Source: an uncultured Phycisphaerales bacterium | Lineage (GTDB): Bacteria > Planctomycetota > Phycisphaerae > Phycisphaerales > SM1A02 | Direction of reading: 5' to 3' | DNA: 30,252 nucleotides | Assembly (NCBI GenBank): GCA_938084645.1 | Contig: CALKEP010000083.1 | Location: 1 to 30,252, forward strand | Part shown: piece after piece, positions 16,932-24,357 of the stretch | Layout: each line of letters begins with the position of its first letter | Position numbering within the stretch: the first letter of the stretch is position 1 | Made by a program: the position numbers and the translations under genes | Notes under the pieces: generated by a model | What the model saw: the letters and a program-made list of their open reading frames with translations, nothing else | Told to the model about the DNA's origin: nothing | Databases searched by the model: none

Positions 16932-19049
16932 TCAGGCCGCGGCGCCGGTCGTCCCATCGATCGGGAGAGTCACCACGAGGCACCCTCCTCCCTCGGAACC
17001 GTTGTGCACGGAGGCCGTCCCTCCGTGCGCTTCCGCGATCCGACGCACGACCGTCAGACCCAGTCCCGGCCGCCGTCCGGCAGCTCGCTGGCTGAAGAAC
17101 GGATCGAAGGCGTGCTCGAGCGAATTCCGCCCGAACCCAGGACCGTCGTCCTCAACCAAGAGTGACCATCGGCCATCCATGCGGTCGATTGAACTTCTCA
17201 AGCGAATCCGGGCGTCTTCCTTCGTCTGGCAGGCGTTACGAACCGCCTCGACCGTCAAATCCATGATTCTTCGGACGTCCACGCACAGACCCACCGGCTC
17301 CAGGTCGCGAATCGACTCCAGCGAGACCGTTTCCGGGATCGACTCCCGCGCAGCATTCGCGCATCGATCGAGCAGTTCGTCCGATCCGATCGCCACGGTC
17401 GCCAGGCATCCGCCGGTGGCATGGCTGTGAAGCCCTCGAACGAGATCCGCGAGGACCAGCGTCTCCGCGTGGATCTCCCGGATCCCCTCGTCGACGAAGG
17501 GATCCCCGCTCCGGCCCAACAGGAGCTGGGTCCGCCCGGAGATCACGGTGAGCGGATCATGCATCTCATGCGCCGCACCGGCGGCGATCTCGGCGACACT
17601 CGCATCCGCATCGAGCACCGCGGTGCGCCGTGCGAGCTCGATCTCCATCCGATGGGCGGAGATCTCACGTTCCGCCTCGCGTCTTGATCGGTCGCCACGC
17701 TCGAGCAGCGCGTGGGATGCCTGCCACGCCGTCACGAGCCCGTGATCGATGTCGAAACGACCGTGGACCCCCACCAGCAGTCCGTCGGGGACCGACCCGA
17801 CGAGCCGCACCCGGGCCCCGCCGCCGCTTGGACTCTCGACGAACTCCCCCCGAATCCAGGTCCCCGGATCACCGACGATCGGCGTCTCGATCGCCGTGGT
17901 CGGATGCGACCCGACCCAGTTCCCATCGGTCATCCGGGCGATCACCACGGCCGCATCCGGATCGTCCGCCCGAATCGATCGGAGCAGTGCACGTTCGAGC
18001 CCGACCCGATCGGTCACCTTCGATGCATCCTCGAGAAACCTCGAACAGGCCGTCGACGTGGTCGACGACTCCCCCGCCGGTGCGGCGGAATGCACGCAGG
18101 AGGATCGGATCCGGTCGATCTCGGCGCACGATTCCCCCAGTCTTCGAAAGAGATGGTTCGCGAGCGGTTCACGATCGAGCCCCAGTGTCTCCGCCGATCT
18201 GGTCGCGATCGACAACGACTCGGCGAGATGCGGTTCGACGAGACCGGGTTCGAGTCCGAGCGCCGACTCGAATTCGCGGATGATGCTGCGGCCGGGACGT
18301 CTGCCGATCGCACCGAGGCCGTGATTTCTCGCGATCGCGTCGGCAAGGCCCACCACGAGTTCGAGTCGACGATGCGGCGTCTCGGGAATCGCGGCCGGCC
18401 CTCGTCCGGCGCGAGCGATCAGGCCGCGCAGGGACTCCGGAAAGCCCCATCGCTCGGCGACCCGCGCCCCGATCATCCCACCGTCGGCACCGATCACCCG
18501 ACGAAGCGTCTCGTCGAATTCCTCGTTCCGGATCCTGGCGCTCTCCGCCAGCCCGGTCATCGGATCTGGAACGACCGATGCGAGCACGAGGTGACCGAGG
18601 TCGTGCAGGAGACCCGCGAGGAACGCCGCCGCGGGCTCGATCCCGTTGACTTCGTCGAGTCGGACGGTGAGGGTTCGGGCGATGGCGGCGGTGATCACGG
18701 CATGCCGCCTCAGATCGACCGCGATCGCGAGGTCGGGGTCCCCCCCGAGCAGCCCGCAGATCTCGATCGACAGCGCAGCCGATCGAATCTCGTCGAAGCC
18801 GAGAAGGACGACCGCGTGCTCGAGGGTCTGGACCTCCTGGACGAGGCCATGATTGCACCGTCGGCACAACGACAGGATTCTCGAAGCCAGGGACGGGTCC
18901 GACGCGAGCACCGAGACCACCTCGTCGATCCCCGCGGTGGAGGAGGACGTGACCTCGAACAATCGGATCGCCACCGCACCGGGCGCGGGAAGACGGTCGA
19001 TGCGTTCGGTCAGGATCCGAATCCGCTCGATGACGGCGTCGTTCGGCAT
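16932..19049 (-). CDS. Cytoplasmic HDOD-domain sensor histidine kinase
   Basis: HDOD: LPAPGAVAIRL, SDPSLASRIL, AVVLLGFDEIRS, AFLAGLLHDLG, AERWGFPE. Kinase boxes: H AAHEMHDPL, N AVRNA, G1 VEDDGPG, F AFDPFFS, G2 GLGLTVVRRIAEAHGG. No obvious TM segment. Confidence 0.88.
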   Translation of the reverse strand: MPNDAVIERIRILTERIDRLPAPGAVAIRLFEVTSSSTAGIDEVVSVLASDPSLASRILSLCRRCNHGLVQEVQTLEHAVVLLGFDEIRSAALSIEICGLLGGDPDLAIAVDLRRHAVITAAIARTLTVRLDEVNGIEPAAAFLAGLLHDLGHLVLASVVPDPMTGLAESARIRNEEFDETLRRVIGADGGMIGARVAERWGFPESLRGLIARAGRGPAAIPETPHRRLELVVGLADAIARNHGLGAIGRRPGRSIIREFESALGLEPGLVEPHLAESLSIATRSAETLGLDREPLANHLFRRLGESCAEIDRIRSSCVHSAAPAGESSTTSTACSRFLEDASKVTDRVGLERALLRSIRADDPDAAVVIARMTDGNWVGSHPTTAIETPIVGDPGTWIRGEFVESPSGGGARVRLVGSVPDGLLVGVHGRFDIDHGLVTAWQASHALLERGDRSRREAEREISAHRMEIELARRTAVLDADASVAEIAAGAAHEMHDPLTVISGRTQLLLGRSGDPFVDEGIREIHAETLVLADLVRGLHSHATGGCLATVAIGSDELLDRCANAARESIPETVSLESIRDLEPVGLCVDVRRIMDLTVEAVRNACQTKEDARIRLRSSIDRMDGRWSLLVEDDGPGFGRNSLEHAFDPFFSQRAAGRRPGLGLTVVRRIAEAHGGTASVHNGSEGGGCLVVTLPIDGTTGAAA

Positions 19050-19059
19050 GGCGGCCCCC

Positions 19060-19656
19060 TCAGGCGGTCAGCACCCCGTCGATGCACTCGATGAGAGCCT
19101 CGACCTGGAACGGCTTGGGAATGAACGCATCGGCGCCGGACGCCATCAATTGGTCGATCTCCTCCTGGCGCACGACGCCGGAGATGATCACCACGCGGGT
19201 ATCCGCGAGATCGGGATCCGCCTTGATCCGTTCGCAGACCACGTTGCCATTGACGTCCGGCAGCATGTAGTCCAGCAGGATGATGTTCGGTCGGAACTCA
19301 CGGGTCAGCATTCCCGCGTCGTATCCGGTGCTGGCGGTCCGGACCTCGAACCGTTCCTCGCGCTCGAGCATCTCTCCGATGATCCGGATGATGCTCGGAT
19401 CGTCGTCGACGACGAGGATCCGGGTGAGATCGCCATCAAGCAGGTCGACGGGGATCTCGTTCGCCTTCATGAATCGGATGAGCTCGGTGCGGGGGATCCT
19501 GCGAAACCGCGATCCCGGCACCCGGAACCCCGTGAGCCGCCCGTTGTCGAAGCAGCGGATGATCGTCTGCTGGCTGACGTTGCAGAGTTCCGCCGCCTCA
19601 CCGGTGGTGAGGACCTGCTTGCCCGAAAGATGTCGAAGTCGTTCCTTGTCGTCCAT
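19060..19656 (-). CDS. Response regulator with N-terminal excisionase-type HTH and C-terminal REC domain
   Basis: VLTTGEAAELCNVSQQTIIRCFDNGRLTGFRVPGSRFRRIP (HTH_17-like); intact REC (ILVVDDD, LLDYMLP, IISG, FIPKPF). Confidence 0.93.
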   Translation of the reverse strand: MDDKERLRHLSGKQVLTTGEAAELCNVSQQTIIRCFDNGRLTGFRVPGSRFRRIPRTELIRFMKANEIPVDLLDGDLTRILVVDDDPSIIRIIGEMLEREERFEVRTASTGYDAGMLTREFRPNIILLDYMLPDVNGNVVCERIKADPDLADTRVVIISGVVRQEEIDQLMASGADAFIPKPFQVEALIECIDGVLTA

Positions 19657-19779
19657 CCGACCGGGGACCTTTCACCGAGAGCCCTTCGAGCGAACCCCGA
19701 GGGCGGCTCCTTGGTCATCGACCTCGACGAACCGCGAGTCCAGTGAAGAGTCGAATGCGGACGAAGGCGGTTCGTTCGA

Positions 19780-20502
19780 TTATCGGGCGGGACGAGCACG
19801 CCACCGTCGAACCGCTTCGGGTTCCCGCGGGTAGATCGGCATCAGCCGGGCGGCATCCGAATGCACGAGGAGGTCGGGCCCTCCATCGAGGGCCACGCGA
19901 CCGACCACCGCCGCATCGAAACTCGGTGGATGCACGCGAGGTTCGGAGACCGCGGCGCGAAGAAGTTCCGGCGGCACGTGCTCGTCGGCGATCACCGCCT
20001 CGCACTCCACGTCGTCGAGGCGGTCGATGATTCCCGGATCACCGATGATTCGCCAGCATCGATCGGTTCGGTCGCGTCCGAGACGGGTGCGCCAGGCGGT
20101 GCCGGCCTTCGCCGCCGAAAGGACGACGATCTCCCCCGCCATCTCACTGAGGGATGGCGTCGCGGCCGCGGCGACCAACGCACCCGGCACGCCGACCACC
20201 GTCGCACCAGCCACCTCCGCGATCGCCTGCGCCGCGGCGATCGAGACCCGGAGCCCGGTGAATCCCCCGGGACCGACGTCGACCGCGACGGTGCGGAGCG
20301 TTGATGCGGCGACGCCCGCCCGTGCGAGCACCGCGTGGATCCCGGGAAGGACGTCGTCCCGCTCCCGGCGACCGCCTTCGAAGCCGATCGTGTGCACCTC
20401 GCCCGCCGCGTCGAAGACCGCCGCACCCCCGGATCGCTGGGAGAGTTCGATCGCGAGGAGTGGTCGATCGATCTCCGGAGCCGCGGCGTCCGAGCGGTTC
20501 AC
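19780..20502 (-). CDS. tsaB: tRNA threonylcarbamoyladenosine biosynthesis protein TsaB
   Basis: LLAIELS.., VAVDVGPGGFTGLRVSIAAAQAIA, C-terminal LMPIYPR. GTG start at 20502 overlaps the upstream stop (GTGA). Confidence 0.88.
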   Translation of the reverse strand: MNRSDAAAPEIDRPLLAIELSQRSGGAAVFDAAGEVHTIGFEGGRRERDDVLPGIHAVLARAGVAASTLRTVAVDVGPGGFTGLRVSIAAAQAIAEVAGATVVGVPGALVAAAATPSLSEMAGEIVVLSAAKAGTAWRTRLGRDRTDRCWRIIGDPGIIDRLDDVECEAVIADEHVPPELLRAAVSEPRVHPPSFDAAVVGRVALDGGPDLLVHSDAARLMPIYPREPEAVRRWRARPAR

Positions 20503-21386
20503 GAGATCGATCCCACCGACGCGAGCGGCAGCACCGAGAACATCGCCGATTCCGCGGTCGGCGCCGGACCGTCCAGATCGATGGGAAGCACGGCCCCCCG
20601 CGCGTGGTCGGTGTTCATCAGAAGCGTCCGCGGCCCGCCCATCTCGATCCCGTTCTCGACGAACGCATGCCCCAGAAGGAAGAGCGAGACGCCCCATCGC
20701 TCGGCGATCGCCTCCATCTGTTCGGCGGTGTGCCCACGACCCCAGACCATCATCCAGGCGCTGCCCACGAGGGCTTCGTAGTCCTCGGGAACGAGCGGCC
20801 GATCGATGATGTCGAAGTCGAACCTCGACATCATCGCGGGACCGGGAAGCGAATGAGAGCAGAAGATGCCGTGCTCGGTGCGCGCCGCGAGCGGCATCGA
20901 CAGGATGAACGTGGTGAGCGCGGCGAAGACCTCGTCCGCATCGTCACCGAAGACGTAGTCGAGCCCCTCGTGGAAGCGAGCCGTCATGCAGCCGCCCCCC
21001 TTCGACACCGAGTGCCCCGCCATCTGGGCGAGTTCGTGATTCGCGAGCAGCGGGTGCACCTGACCCGGATGATCGAGGACGAGCTTCGCGACCTTCGTCA
21101 GCATCCGATAGCTGAGATCGAGGCCGTTCATGGTCCGTTCGCCGTGAATCAGCTCCTGGAGGACGACGTGATGATCCGCATCGGCATCGAGCTGCGCGAG
21201 CTCGACGACCTTCTGGAAGTGCATCGGATTGTCATGCAGGTCACCGGTGGCCAGAAGTCGGCCCCGAACCGGAATCCAGTCGACGGCCCCCTGGCGGCCG
21301 GCGTCGGTTCGCATCGAAGCCGCGGCGGAACGCAGCAACTCGATCACGTCGGAAGCCCGGCGATCGTCGATGGGCCGGTCGCTCAT
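20499..21386 (-). CDS. Calcineurin-like metallophosphoesterase family protein (atypical motifs)
   Basis: TGDLHDN, LQELIHG, LANHE, CSHS, VWGR, LLGH. ATG 21386 overlaps the upstream stop (ATGA). Confidence 0.82.
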   Translation of the reverse strand: MSDRPIDDRRASDVIELLRSAAASMRTDAGRQGAVDWIPVRGRLLATGDLHDNPMHFQKVVELAQLDADADHHVVLQELIHGERTMNGLDLSYRMLTKVAKLVLDHPGQVHPLLANHELAQMAGHSVSKGGGCMTARFHEGLDYVFGDDADEVFAALTTFILSMPLAARTEHGIFCSHSLPGPAMMSRFDFDIIDRPLVPEDYEALVGSAWMMVWGRGHTAEQMEAIAERWGVSLFLLGHAFVENGIEMGGPRTLLMNTDHARGAVLPIDLDGPAPTAESAMFSVLPLASVGSIS

Positions 21387-22570
21387 CGAACGACCTTCGC
21401 GGCGAATTCCAGAACGCCGCCACCGGTCGCAGTACGGATCTCCACGAATGCATTCATGAGTTCGGTGGGACTTCCGATCGGTGTCACCTTCATGCGGACC
21501 TCCGCCCGCTCGTCGTCGAGACGGACCAGGCCCGCGAATTCGGCGCGGAGCGACTGCTGGGATGTGGACTGCACGATCTGAGCCTGCCACCAGTCGGCCT
21601 GCTCCACTCGACCGCCGCCCCTCGGGTTGTAGTGCTTGATGACGCATGACACCTCGACCGGGACGCCGAGACGGACCTCGCCGAGATCCACGAAGTCATC
21701 CTCGATGATCCAGTGCCGCTGCATCCGCGCCATGTCCCGTCGGGCCCCGGTGTTCTCGTTTCGAACCCGACACGGCACCAGCACGCATTCCGGCCGGTCG
21801 GTGGTGAAGATCCACCACCGGGGAATCGCCGACGGCGTCATGCCTTCGATCGACCATCGGATTCGATACGCGGCTCGCGGGGCGTCCTTCGAGGGATCGA
21901 AACCCACGAACATCGGCGGCCTCCCGTTCGAGGCGAGCACCGAGAAGGGACGGCCGTCGGTCGACGCGAGATCGATCACGCCCGAGGTGACACCCTTGAG
22001 CGCCTCCGCGTACGGCGGTGTCGGCTGGATCGGCAGGGTGACCATGCCCTTGATCCGCACCGTCGCCGGACGGTCGGCGCCCTGCACCCGCAGGAAGACC
22101 TTCGCCTCCTTCTCACCGGGCTGTTTCGGCGCGTCCAGTGACGCCGCCATCTCGATGGAGCCGCCGGGGGGAATCCTGGCACCCGCGAGATTCGTCAGCG
22201 TCGTGCAGACGCAACTGGGCTGTGCCGAGATGATCACGACCTCCTCCGTCCCCATGTTCGAGATCGAGAAGGTCATCGGATGCACGCTGCCCGGCGCGAC
22301 CGCACCGAGTTCGAAGGCCGACGGGACCACGCGGATGTATCCGCCCGGCACCAGGAGGTCCTCCGAGCCCACCGCACTGGAGGACGCCGCGGCCGAAGCC
22401 CCGGTCGACGAGGGCACCGACGCGGCAGGCGGGTTCCCACCAGCGACCTGCTCCGCGGCGGCCGGAGCCGTCGCGGCCGGCGTCTCCGAGGCGTCACCGC
22501 ATCCGACGAGCGGAAGCGTGGCGAGAAGCAGCCCGAGCGTGGTCGTGACGATCGTTCGTGTTCGAGGCAT
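21383..22570 (-). CDS. Lipoprotein with DUF1573-like Ig domain(s)
   Basis: Signal peptide MPRTRTIVTTTLGLLLATLPLVGC (lipobox LVGC), Ala/Ser/Pro linker, FELGAV..FSISNMGTEEVVIISAQPSCVCT..IPPGGS typical of DUF1573; second similar start VDLGEV near the C-terminus. Confidence 0.8.
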   Translation of the reverse strand: MPRTRTIVTTTLGLLLATLPLVGCGDASETPAATAPAAAEQVAGGNPPAASVPSSTGASAAASSSAVGSEDLLVPGGYIRVVPSAFELGAVAPGSVHPMTFSISNMGTEEVVIISAQPSCVCTTLTNLAGARIPPGGSIEMAASLDAPKQPGEKEAKVFLRVQGADRPATVRIKGMVTLPIQPTPPYAEALKGVTSGVIDLASTDGRPFSVLASNGRPPMFVGFDPSKDAPRAAYRIRWSIEGMTPSAIPRWWIFTTDRPECVLVPCRVRNENTGARRDMARMQRHWIIEDDFVDLGEVRLGVPVEVSCVIKHYNPRGGGRVEQADWWQAQIVQSTSQQSLRAEFAGLVRLDDERAEVRMKVTPIGSPTELMNAFVEIRTATGGGVLEFAAKVVR

Positions 22571-22576
22571 TCTCAC

Positions 22577-22582
22577 AGTGTA
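22577..22582 (-). promoter_or_regulatory. Putative -10 box (TACACT), leaderless configuration
   Basis: Minus strand TACACT-gtgaga-ATG(22570): 6-nt spacer, just downstream of a terminator. Confidence 0.55.
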
Positions 22583-22611
22583 GATCCTTGGCCGACCACC
22601 CACCCGGAGCA

Positions 22612-22644
22612 CAAGAAACGGGCCCGGTCGGATGACCGGGCCCG
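22612..22644 (-). terminator. Rho-independent terminator of the dehydrogenase gene
   Basis: Perfect 11-bp stem CGGGCCCGGTC(22619-22629)/GACCGGGCCCG(22634-22644), 4-nt loop, followed on the minus strand by TTTCTTG; 27 nt after the stop. Confidence 0.8.
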
Positions 22645-22671
22645 CTCGAGATCACGTGTCTTGAAGTCCGA

Positions 22672-24060
22672 TCAGCCGGTCCAGCAGGAGAACAGGATGC
22701 CTGCATCGGCGCCATTGACGATTCCGTCGCCGTTCAGATCGGCCGGGCCTCCAGGCTGTCCCCACTGCGAGAGGAAGAAGCCGACGTCCACGCCGTCGAC
22801 CTGATCGTCGCCGTTGAAGTCGCCGGGGCAGGGCGGCGGGCCGCAGTCGGTCTCACCACTGGCGGGGATGATCTTGTAGATCCGGCCGAGGGACTGGCAG
22901 CAGATGTAGATCTCGCCGTTCGCATCCTCGCCGAAGCTGGCGATGTTGCCGAGCGTGCCGCCACCGTCGCTGGAGAATCGAAGTTCGCTGGTGCGGCTCT
23001 GCACGCTGAAGTTGCCACCCTTGGTGGGCGTCGCGGACCAGAAGTTCGCGGTCGCGTAGTCGGCGAAGAAGTAGGTGCCCTGGAGTTCGGGAATCGCACA
23101 TCCGCGATACGCGTAGCCACCGGTGATCGAGTAGCCGCCGGCCGAGTTGTGGCCGTAGGTGTAGATGGGGTCGACGAGCGACGGGGAGGAGCAGGAGCAG
23201 CCGGAGGAACTGGTGTAGCAGCTGTTGCCCTCCTTGCATCGCCAGCCGTAGTTCAGGCCACCGGCGGTGCCGGCGGGCTCGAAGTCGATCTCCTCGCGGT
23301 TGTTCTGGCCGACGTCGCCGATCCACATGTCGCCCGTTTCGCGGTCGAAACTGAATCGCCAGGGGTTTCGGAGACCGAGCGACCAGATCTCGGGATCGCC
23401 GCCGCCCGAGGCGTACGGGTTGTCCGCGGGGATCGCGTACGGCGTGCCACCGTCGACGTCGATCCGCAGGATCTTGCCGAGCAGCTGGTTCGTGACGTCC
23501 TGCGAGCGGTCACCGGGGTCGCCCGCCGCGCCACCGTCACCGAGACCGATGTAGAGATAGCCGTCGGGACCGAAGGCGAGCATGCCGCCGTTGTGGTTCG
23601 AGTAGGGCTGGTTGACCGTCAGCAGCGTGAGCGCGCCCGAGGTGGTCGCGTGATCCGCATCGCTGCCTCGGCTGTATCGGCGGACGTACGTGTCGCCACT
23701 GCCCGCCGTGGCGGTGTAGTAGACGTAGAAGTAACCGTTTTCCTGATAGTTCGGGTGGAAGGCGAGCCCGAGCAGCCCCTGCTCGCTGCTGGTGCTGGTG
23801 CCCCCGGTCGTGATCGAATCGATGTTGAGGAACTGGTCGCTGTTGAGCGTACCGGTCTCGAGGTTGAAGATCCGGATCACGCCGCGCTTCTCGATGATGA
23901 AGAGCCGCGTCGGGTCTTCCGGTGCGTGCGTCGCGAAGATCGGACGCGTGAGGCCGGACGTGACCAGCTTGGTCGAGAGCGTCTGGGCCATCGCGGAAGA
24001 ACCGACGAACATGCCCGCGAGGACCGCGGCGGAGGTGAGAAGTCTGCGTCTCATCGACAT
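22672..24060 (-). CDS. Secreted PQQ-dependent glucose/sorbosone dehydrogenase family beta-propeller protein with C-terminal dockerin-like domain
   Basis: Sec signal ending AMA-Q; EQGLLGLAFHP, NHNGGMLAFGPDGYLYIGLGDGG, GKILRIDVD, GLRNPWRFSFD, DVGQNNREEID, NYGW; tail GDFNGDDQVDGVD..ADLNGDGIVNGAD. Confidence 0.9.
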   Translation of the reverse strand: MSMRRRLLTSAAVLAGMFVGSSAMAQTLSTKLVTSGLTRPIFATHAPEDPTRLFIIEKRGVIRIFNLETGTLNSDQFLNIDSITTGGTSTSSEQGLLGLAFHPNYQENGYFYVYYTATAGSGDTYVRRYSRGSDADHATTSGALTLLTVNQPYSNHNGGMLAFGPDGYLYIGLGDGGAAGDPGDRSQDVTNQLLGKILRIDVDGGTPYAIPADNPYASGGGDPEIWSLGLRNPWRFSFDRETGDMWIGDVGQNNREEIDFEPAGTAGGLNYGWRCKEGNSCYTSSSGCSCSSPSLVDPIYTYGHNSAGGYSITGGYAYRGCAIPELQGTYFFADYATANFWSATPTKGGNFSVQSRTSELRFSSDGGGTLGNIASFGEDANGEIYICCQSLGRIYKIIPASGETDCGPPPCPGDFNGDDQVDGVDVGFFLSQWGQPGGPADLNGDGIVNGADAGILFSCWTG

Positions 24061-24265
24061 GGGGAAGTGCTTTCTGTTTCGGCTTGGGTGGTGCGGACTC
24101 GGTCTGAACACGTGCGCCGCTCCGGAATCCCGGAACGATCTCCGGCGGAGCACCTGGATCTTGTCCCGAATAAGACGTTTCGGGACACGAGATGGTTCCC
24201 CGTCGTGGGAAAACTCGCTGAATGCCGACTGGTGCAGCCATGGCCCGATCGGACGCGAACACCTG

Positions 24266-24285
24266 ACGATAGCATTCAGAATGCT
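24266..24285 (-). promoter_or_regulatory. Extended -10 (TG-C-TATCGT) overlapped by palindrome AGCATTC-A-GAATGCT (candidate operator)
   Basis: Perfect 7-1-7 inverted repeat at 24271-24285 in an AT-richer intergenic patch, abutting a TANNNT hexamer (24266-24271) oriented toward the dehydrogenase. Confidence 0.45.
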
Positions 24286-24357
24286 CATTTCCACGTTTCC
24301 AGCCTCCTTTGAGGGGTTTGGTCGGGTCACAAGCCGATCCCGAACCGTCCCGCCCGG

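Noticed and set aside
14123..19656. Excisionase-like HTH domains as evidence of a prophage or integrative element
   Set aside because: No integrase, att/tRNA site or compositional shift; both HTHs are fused to cellular domains (REC, TM anchor) amid housekeeping genes.
24190..24230. Possible c-di-AMP (ydaO) riboswitch: ACGGGGAACCA on the minus strand and CGCTGAAT on the plus strand
   Set aside because: The two fragments are on opposite strands and the downstream GGGGUGAA and CAGCUAAC elements are absent.
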